Source of the DNA: Octopus bimaculoides
Lineage: Eukaryota
DNA length: 35,315 nt
Direction: 5' to 3'
Assembly (NCBI RefSeq): GCF_001194135.2
Contig: NC_068994.1
Span: 54,480,530-54,515,844 of the forward strand
Within the stretch, counting starts at the first letter, position 1, and every line of letters begins with the position of its first letter. Shown piece after piece: positions 22,525-32,756 of this stretch. The notes under the pieces were generated by a model that was not told the origin of the DNA, ran no database searches, and saw nothing but the letters and a program-made list of their open reading frames with translations. The position numbers and the translations under genes are program-made.

Positions 22525-22627
22525 CAGCAAACCACAGCACATACCCAAGGCGCACAGAGCTGCGCTCGGTAGTGAAGTGAAAGCACGTTATAAAAATAAA
22601 ACTACTAAACAGTAATAATAATAATAA
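22525..22627 (+). mobile_element. Non-LTR retrotransposon 3' UTR with (AAT)n tail, probably R4/Dong-like; second copy
   Basis: cagcaaaccacagcacatacccaaggcgcacagagctgcgctcggtagtgaagtgaaagcacgttataaaaataaaactac...aataataat; matches 10625-10728. Confidence 0.55.
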
Positions 22628-22924
22628 ATATCTTCTTGGCACGGACATTAACCTTGCTATTACAACAACGACAACAACGTTAATGATCGGGTAAATTAAT
22701 ATCCCAGCCAGATTTTGATGAGTTCCTTAATTGAATTTTGCTGTCAGAAACACAGCCAAAGAATTCATGAATATCAACAACAACAAAAAAAAAAGCAAAC
22801 AGTAAAACAATACAAAAAAAAATCGATTCGAATTCACCCAGTTTCTGTAGTTGTAAAGCAGAGTCGTGACTATGTTATGGTCGTTGCTGTTGTTTCGATT
22901 CCAGGTAAGACCTGACGTCGGACT

Positions 22925-23130
22925 GTTCGAGGGTGATTTGGCAGGTAGTCTTAGCAGGTCGAATAGCCTCTTTTAGGCTCCCACATGTACATGTAGTTGC
23001 TGTTGTAGTCTACCACCAGTTTAGCATTGACAACGGATCATGTTTGAGGGTGATTTGACTGGTATTTTTAAGAGGTCAGGCGGTCTCATATGGGCTCCCT
23101 CGTGCATGCGTGGTCGCAGTTGTTTTCCTT
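22925..23130 (+). repeat. Degenerate tandem duplication of about 117 bp
   Basis: gttcgagggtgatttggcaggtagtcttagcaggtc...ggctccca...agttgctgttgt vs gtttgagggtgatttgactggtatttttaagaggtc...ggctccct...cagttgtttt. Confidence 0.6.
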
Positions 23131-23284
23131 TAGTTTAGTCTGGATCAAGTATGTCTATGTTCAGAGACATTCTAACCGCGACCATCCCGTCTTTATCCGA
23201 TGTGCAGGCAGTCCAGAACCATATTATCTAACACGTCCCTCTCTAAGACGATTGAAGTGTTCAAAAATGATTTGGCTGAATGTA

Positions 23285-23530
23285 ATTGACCACTTGACAA
23301 TCTTAGGATTACGGCCGTTTCGCAGCCTTCATCATGTAATAATAATTTCAGTGTATTACAAATTGTTGTTACATGCCTGCATCAATGTGCATGCGGCACA
23401 TTTCTACTGTGCAATGTGTAGCATGCATATTGGTGTAGATATGTAAAAACAATTTATTATACACTGAAATTATTATTACATTGTGAAGGCTGCGAAACAG
23501 CCGTAATCCAATAAATATCAAGTGGTCAAG
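23285..23530. mobile_element. Foldback/MITE with 82-bp inverted arms and TA flanks
   Basis: 23286-23367 vs the reverse complement of 23448-23529 match at 72/82 by hand alignment; 80-nt spacer; TA at 23283-23284 and 23531-23532. Confidence 0.85.
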
Positions 23531-23881
23531 TATATATATTTCCCTCTCACATCTCTTGACATTTCATGGTTATTTTCCTCATAAAATAATTTCATCGATT
23601 GGATCTCCTCGATTTCAGATGCACAGAACTTTATACTCTGCCGTATTGGATTACTATGTGGTATGATAGCCGGATCCACTAGAGGAGCTTTCTGTGATTG
23701 CCACAGGGTTCTATAAATCCATATATTGCACTACAAATTTTTATATGTGCGTAAGCGTATGAAACGTTAGCAGGGAAGAAATTCCCCTCTATAGATCTTA
23801 TCTGCTTCCATGTGTATACACCCTTCATTGCTGATTACTATCTATCAATTATACACCCCTCCATATTGGTTTTATATCATC

Positions 23882-23920
<39 letters not shown>

Positions 23921-23999
23921 GGAGGAAGGGCGGCAGAATAGATCTATCACAGTTTCATCTTTTTTTTTTCGAGTGTGCACGCGCATAGCTGTTTGTTAA

Positions 24000-24409
24000 A
24001 CACATATGCACTCACATATGCACTCACATATCAAGTCACAGACACATAAATAGAGGGCTATACACATACACGCATACAAACTAACATATATCTATAAAAA
24101 CGTGTGTATACACTTCTCTCTCCCTCTCATATACATATGTGTGTGTGTATATGTATGTGTGTGTATATATATATATGCACATATACAAGCGCATGCATAT
24201 ATATCTATCTATACATACATACATTTAAAGGCACATATACATATACATGCACATAGATATATAAACTCACATAAATGTATACACACACATATGTAAATGC
24301 ACACACGCATATACACACACATATGTACACATAAGCACACACATAAACACACGTACGCATATATATATNNNNNNNNNNNNNNNNNNNNNNNNNNNNNNNN
24401 NNNNNNNNN

Positions 24410-24441
<32 letters not shown>

Positions 24442-24610
24442 ACATGTATGTATGTAGTGAATTATGCATGCTTATTGTCAACACTATATATGCATACATA
24501 TATACACATAGCTACGCAATTAAACGAGCACGTATGTGTGTGTATGCGTGTGTGTGTGTGTGTATATGTGTATGCAGTTGTTTCTACGTGCGTATATATA
24601 CACGCGCGTC
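24000..24610. repeat. Degenerate (CA)/(TA)/(TG) microsatellite field spanning a gap
   Basis: Directly visible. Confidence 0.9.
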
Positions 24611-25314
24611 TTCAAGTTTTAAAAGCTGTCTTGGGTAAAATACATACAGCAGTAAAACTGAAATCTGGTGAAGATATCATGCCATATTTGAAAAGAAAAT
24701 ATTTGCTATCACAATAAAGCGATAGATGCCAGCTTTATTGGAATATTTCTTAAAAATCTCTCTTAGAATAACACGAATGAAAGTAGCGACGACATGAAGA
24801 CGGCGGTGGTCGATGCGATGGCGACAAACGATGTTATATGCAAACGTTTGATTCGGTGGAATGATGTGAGTGACTGAGTCAACGAGGCATTAATTTGCTA
24901 ACAGTTGGAGATAGATATCTATGTGTAGGACAGCATTTAATCTAAGCAAGACATTATTATTATTATTATTATTATTATGGCTTTTATTGTTGTTATAGAT
25001 GTGTTTTTCAATTGGCAAACATCTTAAGCTTGGCCATTAGTCTTAACATGCGATTCTCTGATATGTATTTTGTCTGGATGTCTCCTTTTGCGTGTTTGAT
25101 GTGTACTTGAACGCATATATATATATATANNNNNNNNNNNNNNNNNNNNNNNNNNNNNNNNNNNNNNNNNNNNNNNNNNNNNNNNNNNNNNNNNNNNNNN
25201 NNNNNNNNNNNNNNNNNNNCACACACACACACACACACAGACAGGCATCTCAAAAGAAAATAAATATCTTCATAATATGTATTATATATAAATATGTGTG
25301 TAAGTGCATGTGTG

Positions 25315-25363
<49 letters not shown>

Positions 25364-25454
25364 ACATATATATACCCCCTCTACATATATATATAAACTG
25401 AGAGGTGTCCATGTACTTTTGATATGTCAGTGTATATATGCATTGCCCGAATGA

Positions 25455-25818
25455 TGTTGGCATCCATTTTAAAATTTACCCGAAGCTTGGTCCTTGTGCT
25501 ATCCGTCCTCTACAAAAGTCTTGTTCACATCACATCACAACACTCAGAACTACTTCACCTCCACTGGCCCCGCTCTCTTTAACATCATACAAAGACACAT
25601 AAGAGAAGAGAAACACCCCCTAATATTTAAACGGTTTCTAGACGAATATCTCCAACGAATTCCAGATAAACCACCAACCCCCGGATATATCTCTGCAAAT
25701 AATAACTCTCTACGCGAATGGGCCATGGTGCCCAAAGAATAAATAAATACCTTTAAATGTCTTTTCCAGGTGGTGCTATTGATTTAGATATGGCTTGGGG
25801 CCAATAGTGGCCGAAACT
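25455..25818 (+). pseudogene. CR1-group non-LTR retrotransposon 3' end: ORF2 C-terminus and 3' UTR, followed by (TA)n
   Basis: ORF 25494-25742 NYFTSTGPALFNII...FKRFLDEYLQRIPDKPPTPGY...NNSL matches the invertebrate CR1-like C-terminal pattern (GP.LFN.LP...FK..LD.FL..IPD.P...GY...NSL). Confidence 0.8.
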
Positions 25819-25843
25819 TTATATATATATATATATATATATA

Positions 25844-26000
25844 TACGAGTGGACAAACGAAAAAAGGGCACTCGACACATTTCTTGAGAGTTACTGCCTC
25901 ATGAGAGTTACTGCTAGCTCTCAATGCACATGCAACCATGTGCTGCCATCTATTGGTGCATTACAGAACTAGTCTAGGAACGTTTTGATACCACCTCGTA
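25844..26000. mobile_element. Mariner-type MITE
   Basis: Begins ta|cgagtggacaaacgaaaa and ends ttttgataccacctcg|ta (inverted cgag termini, TA flanks); internal duplicated tgagagttactgc. Confidence 0.7.
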
Positions 26001-26074
26001 GGCACACAAGCACACACAACAGGCGCACGTACATATGCACACAAACTTATACGATATATATATATTTGCTTAAG

Positions 26075-26140
26075 AGGGCATCGCCCGGTCCTGGAATCGA
26101 ACCCACGAGCATATGTTCATGAGCCCAACGCATTAACTAT
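26075..26140 (-). mobile_element. tRNA-like SINE head fragment
   Basis: Minus strand ccatagttaatgcgttgggctcatgaac...gtgggttcgattccaggaccgggcg contains a B-box GTTCGATTCC. Confidence 0.55.
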
Positions 26141-26189
26141 GGTCTTATTAGAACAATTTCCTATGAACGCCAATATAGTCTCTCCCCAC

Positions 26190-26620
26190 ATCTGTAACTG
26201 CATTGCCTCAAGCAATTGCCTCACTAACGATAACTGTAATCTGAAAGCACAAACATATTGTGCTAAAATGAAACTCTTAAATAGCTCTGACCTTAGGAAT
26301 TATATTGGCCGGATCAAAAGTAAATTAAAGTCTATTTAAGCATATTCAGTACATGTGTGAAACCTAAAAGAAAATTTGCCACAAAACTTTCGAAAAGCAT
26401 TTCGTTTTTTTGAAAGAAATTGGATCAGCGATGTTTAAAATTCGATGCCTCATCCTCAACTTTGTTACTCCTTGGTAATTTTCACTCAAATCTTCGCTGA
26501 AAGCCTCGTTTAAATGAGAGTTTATTGATATCATTTCAAGATGAGAATTTCTAGAATGAACAATCAGAAATGCTAGTTTATTGTCGACATGCTTGCAAAT
26601 ATGTGCCTACAAATATTTGA
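26190..26620 (+). pseudogene. Penelope-like GIY-YIG endonuclease C-terminal remnant
   Basis: CNCIASSNCLTNDNCNLKAQTYCAK...NYIG (ORF 26139-26339), then frameshifted TKLSKSI and RLNESLLISFQDENF*NEQSEMLVYCRHACKYVPTNI*, matching the PLE end pattern CNC...C...Y.A...YIG...TELSKYIW...CL.EK..I...LN.RSE..S.CRH. Confidence 0.75.
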
Positions 26621-27039
26621 ATCGGTAAAATCCGCCGCCCCACCACACAGTATGCGCTAATATCTACTTTTATTACACGGAATGTATTTTTTCAAATTTA
26701 TGACATTTTATCTACATCTCTAAAACATTTTGTACATATGTGTTAGTGTGAGTGTGTGTGTGTGTATATATATATCTACATTGAATCTACATTTTCAAAT
26801 ATATGTATATACAAAATGAATGTATGTCGTTTGATAATGTCCTGCGTGTATGACTCTGGCAGTATCTGTGTGCGGTGTTTGTGTTTTGCTCTTCTCTCCC
26901 GGATTAATAATGAAATTCACGTAAACCTGTTATTTGCATAATGCCTACTTACCAATATCTCTGTTTACTTGCCAACGTCTGTGTGTGTGTTTGGATGCGG
27001 AAGTGTGTATCCAGCGCCATCTATCTCTTTACATATACA

Positions 27040-27107
27040 TATACTCATACACACGTGTACATACAATGTGAATGTGTGCATATGTATATATACTTGTGTG
27101 TATGCAC

Positions 27108-27144
<37 letters not shown>

Positions 27145-27778
27145 GGGGGGGTTATTATTGCTGCGTAGCCCGATGAGGAGTGGGGAGCTTATTGTGAAAT
27201 GAACGTCAGAATATCTATCTATCTGTCTGTCTGTCTATCTGTCTGTACGCCTGTCTATCTATCTATCTATCTATCTGTATGACTGTCAATCTGCGTGTCT
27301 GTCTGTCTCTCTCTCTGTCTGCCTGCTTACCTAATTCAACCCTTTTCCTCTTCCACCCGCTGTTAACTAATCTATCTTTAATCGCAGCTCAAAACGGAAG
27401 TAAAAAACACATGTTCACGCAAATAGTTAATCTGTGTTCCGCTTTCCCATGTGCTACTTTGAAACAGAACAAAAAGTCATAAAACTAGACACAGATATAA
27501 TAACAAAATAAAACGGCAATAAATATTTGGGGTATCAACAAAAATAGAAATAGAAAAAAGAAGGGAAAAGGGAAAATAGAACGTCTATATCTCTATAGCA
27601 GCCCGTAGGAGTGGTGACCTATAATTTTAGAAGCTGTACAATAAGGTCGCCATATGTGGAGAAAAATACCCCCTAGATTTCGGGGTTGGTACGCGCGCGT
27701 GTGTGTGTGTGAGGGGGAAGGAGAGAGAGAGAGAAACAGACAGAGGTAGTGTGTGCATGTGTATATACATTCATACAT

Positions 27779-27826
<48 letters not shown>
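27040..27826. repeat. (TA)/(GT)/(TCTA/TCTG)/(CA) microsatellites interspersed with unique sequence
   Basis: Directly visible. Confidence 0.85.
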
Positions 27827-28289
27827 NNNNNNNNNNNNNNNNNNNNNNNNNNNNNNNNNNNNNNNNNNNNNNNNNNNNNNNNNNNNNNNNNNNNNNNNNN
27901 NNNNNNNNNNNNNNNNNNNNNNNNNNNNNNNNNNNNNNNNNNNNNNNNNNNNNNNNNNNNNNNNNNNNNNNNNNNNNNNNNNNNNNNNNNNNNNNNNNNN
28001 NNNNNNNNNNNNNNNNNNNNNNNNNNNNNNNNNNNNNNNNNNNNNNNNNNNNNNNNNNNNNNNNNNNNNNNNNNNNNNNNNNNNNNNNNNNNNNNNNNNN
28101 NNNNNNNNNNNNNNNNNNNNNNNNNNNNNNNNNNNNNNNNNNNNNNNNNNNNNNNNNNNNTTATTGGCCGGATTGAAAAAAATCAATTATATATATATAC
28201 TTATAACTAAACTTAAACACATGCACACACAGTGTTACTGCTTGTTTATATAGTAAAGCATAGTGTATCTATCTATCTATCTATCTATA

Positions 28290-28450
28290 GGGAGAATTCA
28301 CAAAAAAACAACAACAGACGAAGATAGGTGGTGTAGAAAACGAACAGATGTATTAGTATAACGCTCGGGAATTGAAAAAGTCTTTAACGTTTCGAGCCTA
28401 CGCTCTTTCACAGAAAGGAACACAGAAAGAAACAAGGAGAGAAAAAAAAG
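28290..28450 (-). mobile_element. Repeat terminus containing the hammerhead-like motif, probable Penelope-type pseudo-LTR
   Basis: Contains the reverse complement of tcctttctg(t)tgaagagcgtaggctcgaaacgt(a/t)aaagact, shared with 10008-10049. Confidence 0.55.
28382..28417 (-). ncRNA. Second minimal hammerhead-like motif with a more degenerate core (CUGUGAA)
   Basis: Minus strand CUUU-CUGUGAA-A-GAGC-GUAG-GCUC-GAAA-CG-UU-AAAG; stems identical to 10011-10046. Confidence 0.4.
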
Positions 28451-28538
28451 TGTTATGTGTACGTTTTGTAGTATTTAATGCATTTTTCATTTATGGAATA
28501 ACTGAACGCCACGAATCCCGACTTTTGTTAACAGTAAG

Positions 28539-28574
<36 letters not shown>

Positions 28575-28584
28575 NNNNNNNNNN

Positions 28585-28616
<32 letters not shown>

Positions 28617-28929
28617 TAAAGAAGATCCATTTAAGGATTGAGGCGCATCAAAATGAATTTGATTCTATGTGGAATCGTCAGGCTTAACGACAGTTGGAGA
28701 TAAGATATGCCATTCAGCTTTTCTTGTGTTTTAAAACTCTTTGTTCTAATCAATTATATTCGGTCACCCACCACTTATCTAACTTGACACTCTCAATTTT
28801 GTTGTTAGCTTTTCTGACAGCCTAAAGGAACCACCTTCAGTTTCGATTGGACTATTATTCTTCCGCCCACTTCCATATTGAATTGTTGGTATTCCTTGTT
28901 TTAGATGTTCATATGTTGTTGGACATGTT

Positions 28930-29135
28930 AATCTGACGGCATATCGATTATTTACCTGCATTATGGTGTAGCCTGAGGATTTGAGAGATTAAATGTAACG
29001 TATTGCATAATCGTATAGACGTTGCATGTCTTACATACCTGTATGTATGATGTTACGTCACAGTATAATCCCTTAATGAAACATTGTAGCGATATCATAT
29101 AATCCATTCGACTGTTCTTATTATGACATCTCCCC
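28930..29135 (-). pseudogene. Possible Gypsy/LTR integrase zinc-binding-region remnant
   Basis: Minus-strand IKGLYCDVTSYIQVCKTC...PQATP*CR*IIDM resembles W.GM..DV..YI..C..C...P..PW..I.ID; truncated by a poly-C tract and gap. Confidence 0.45.
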
Positions 29136-29757
29136 CCCCCCCCNNNNNNNNNNNNNNNNNNNNNNNNNNNNNNNNNNNNNNNNNNNNNNNNNNNNNNNNN
29201 NNNNNNNNNNNNNNNNNNNNNNNNNNNNNNNNNNNNNNNNNNNNNNNNNNNNNNNNNNNNNNNNNNNNNNNNNNNNNNNNNNNNNNNNNNNNNNNNNNNN
29301 NNNNNNNNNNNNNNNNNNNNNNNNNNNNNNNNNNNNNNNNNNNNNNNNNNNNNNNNNNNNNNNNNNNNNNNNNNNNNNNNNNNNNNNNNNNNNNNNNNNN
29401 NNNNNNNNNNNNNNNNNNNNNNNNNNNNNNNNNNNNNNNNNNNNNNNNNNNNNNNNNNNNNNNNNNNNNNNNNNNNNNNNNNNNNNNNNNNNNNNNNNNN
29501 NNNNNNNNNNNNNNNNNNNNNNNNNNNNNNNNNNNNNNNNNNNNNNNNNNNNNNNNNNNNNNNNNNNNNNNNNNNNNNNNNNNNNNNNNNNNNNNNNNNN
29601 NNNNNNNNNNNNNNNNNNNNNNNNNNNNNNNNNNNNNNNNNNNNNNNNNNNNNNNNNNNNNNNNNNNNNNNNNNNNNNNNNNNNNNNNNNNNNNNATTCA
29701 CTATAGATAAAAGCATGCACTTTTAGTTTAATAAACTTGTTAAAAACCAACTATCTT

Positions 29758-29900
<143 letters not shown>

Positions 29901-30459
29901 TATATTATGTCTTTATCAGCCGACTTTCTCACAGCTATTTTTAACTGCTGTTCGAGTTCACTTCCTGAGTCATTAAATTCTTACAACACCACCAAGTATG
30001 CAGACACCCATTCTAGTCACAGTTTTCATATCATCAATATGTGAAAAATGTCACACCAGCTACTCTACTTCAACCCCACCCCCCACCTTCACTCGTCCAT
30101 TCACTGATTCTCGTTTTCTCACTCACTCACTCGCAATCCGTGTAACAAGCTTTCATCAACCACAGCCATTCACAACTCTATTCCATTTTTTGCCCCTATT
30201 TACACGCCCTCCACGTTCTAATGATTGAGTGAAAAGCAACAGTCTTTAGTAGGGGGCTATGAGTGATATATAACCACACGGAGAATTAGATAAGGGTATA
30301 ACAAGGCTATTATAGACGTATTGCATACAAATATACCCAATTAAAAATGATTCTGTTTTGATTAGAAACCACACAGCGTAAATTTGTGAATTGAAACTGG
30401 ATTGCAATCTCGGTTCGCTGGAGACTCATATTTTGCTTTACGAAGATCTTTATCTGTCC

Positions 30460-30680
30460 AACGGCGAAATCGTTGGAGCGTTAGACAAAATACGTTGTGG
30501 TATATGGCTATGATCTCAGTTCAAATCATGCTGAAGGTAGCTTTACCTTTCAGCCTTGCAGGAGCAATGAAATGAAATGAAATGCCAGTCGACTACTGAG
30601 GTCCATTTAATCAACTGTGCCCTCCTTCTCCTCCTAAAATTTGTGACCCCCCCCCCTGTACCGATGTTAAAATTCAATAG
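30460..30680 (+). mobile_element. Highly degenerate SINE family A copy
   Basis: ggcgaaatcgttggagcgttagacaaaat...tcagttcaaatcatgctgaaggtagctttacctttcagcc. Confidence 0.6.
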
Positions 30681-30691
30681 TAGACAAGAAA

Positions 30692-30910
30692 GAAAGCGGC
30701 GAGCTGGAAGAATCATTAGCACGCCAGGCAAAATGCTTAGCAGTATTTCGTCTGTCTTTACTTTCTGTGTTCAAATCTCGCAAAGGTCGACCTTGCCTTT
30801 CATCCCTTCGGAATCGATAAAATAAGTACCTGTCGAGTCCTGGGCTCGATGTAATCGACTCACCCCTTCCTCCGAAATTGCTGACTGGCCTTGTGCCAAA
30901 ATTTGAAATC
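30692..30910 (+). mobile_element. SINE family A copy in plus orientation, near full length
   Basis: aaagcggcgagctggaagaatcattagcacgccaggcaaaatgcttagcagtatttcg...gtgttcaaatctcg...gtcgaccttgcctttcatccc...ggccttgtgcc. Confidence 0.9.
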
Positions 30911-32284
30911 GATATTAGACGAGAAAGAGTGGGACCGTCATAGAGTTAGTCCTTGGTATGTCGAAACCGTAAGATCTGATTTCAAACCTCGATCGGAATC
31001 AATTCATTTACGTTATCAATCTCCTTAGAAACGAAACTCACGCCACAATATCACAATTCTTTCTATCTCTAAAACATATGTCGGGTTCTGAACCATTCGA
31101 AAGGCCAGAACGTGAAGTGTCACCAAATGTAGTAAGGCAGCGGACTAAATACACGGTACTCGTTAGCAAACCATACTCGTTCGTGAGTGACGGCTGGCTC
31201 GTTTTATTACTCATATATATATATCAACATATTAAGGTTAATATATATCATAGTAAAGGTTAACTGATTAATAAAGGGTAGTAAAAATTAATCGATTTTA
31301 CAATATCTGTGTGTTCATGTCCTCTTAACACGATTCACAGAGCTAGGTTGTAACATCATAATTTTAAAATTTTGATTGCTGTGAACAAAATTTTAATGTA
31401 GCTTATTATTTAAAGAAAGAAAAAAAATAAGCAAATAAAATATTCTATTGAAATATTTTACATGAATTATCTCCCTTGTGGACACCATTTTCCATTAAGC
31501 TAATGCATTTCCTCAAAAGAAGAGACGAAAACGTCGTATAATTCCATCAAATCTTCCTTTCAGTTCCTAGCCACTACGTTTTCCTGAGAGGTTATTCCCC
31601 ACCCTTGTCCGTGTCTATCGAAAAAAAAAAAAAAATCCCAACTCAAGCGCAGGTTCTCAAACAAGCAAATCCAAATAAGAAAGACACCCTGTTTCTCTGA
31701 TGAATATCTTAAAGTGGAGATGTTCAAAAAGTAAGAATTAAAAATATTTTCAAAAAATCAACCATTAAATACAAAAATAAACAGAAAATAAAATTTGTTT
31801 TTATAGACGCATCGGATTAATTATTAATCGCCATTTGCTTTTATCTTCAATATACCAACAGATTATTAATTCTAAACAGCAATTTTTAAAAATAATTTAT
31901 TGTAGATTAGGAGTTTGATATTTCNNNNNNNNNNNNNNNNNNNNNNNNNNNNNNNNNNNNNNNNNNNNNNNNNNNNNNNNNNNNNNNNNNNNNNNNNNNN
32001 NNNNNNNNNNNNNNNNNNNNNNNNNNNNNNNNNNNNNNNNNNNNNNNNNNNNNNNNNNNNNNNNNNNNNNNNNNNNNNNNNNNNNNNNNNNNNNNNNNNN
32101 NNNNNNNNNNNNNNNNNNNNNNNNNNNNNNNNNNNNNNNNNNNNNNNNNNNNNNNNNNNNNNNNNNNNNNNNNNNNNNNNNNNNNNNNNNNNNNNNNNNN
32201 NNNNNNNNNNNNNNNNNNNNNNNNNNNNNNNNNNNNNNNNNNNNNNNNNNNNNNNNTGTTTTGCCCCTGTCAGTTTTGAGTTAA

Positions 32285-32563
32285 CCCATTACCTTCCATA
32301 ATTCTATTAACTGGATTTTTTTTTTATGAAACTTTGATTTCTAACATAAAACAGCCTTAGAAACACGCTGGAATGATCAAAATAACATTTTAAATAGAAA
32401 TAAGCGAGATATTGGGTGAAAAATTAGCAAACCTCATTTGAATATCAGAGAAATATACCTAGTAGATATAGCAAAAAGGTTAGATATGTGTAAATATTGA
32501 CAGATAATTACGAAATTTGTAATTTTTAAGTGATCTCATATGAGATCACTGATAGATAATGGG
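32285..32563. mobile_element. piggyBac-type MITE with TTAA TSD
   Basis: ttaa|cccattaccttcca ... tgatagataatggg|ttaa; TTAA at 32281-32284 and 32564-32567; imperfect TIR matching at 11/14. Confidence 0.7.
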
Positions 32564-32756
32564 TTAAAGATTAAGAACCTCCTTCGTTTGTCACAATAAA
32601 TACTTGTATTTGTTTGCATTTCTTTTTCAGATGAAAGGAATGACAGAGACCTTGATCCTTTGTTGATCATTTTGTTTGATGAAAGAATGACAGCACCTGT
32701 GGTCCACCTCAGGATCACCAAAGCTGTGGGTGTAATGAAGGAACTTGCTTTTAGAT

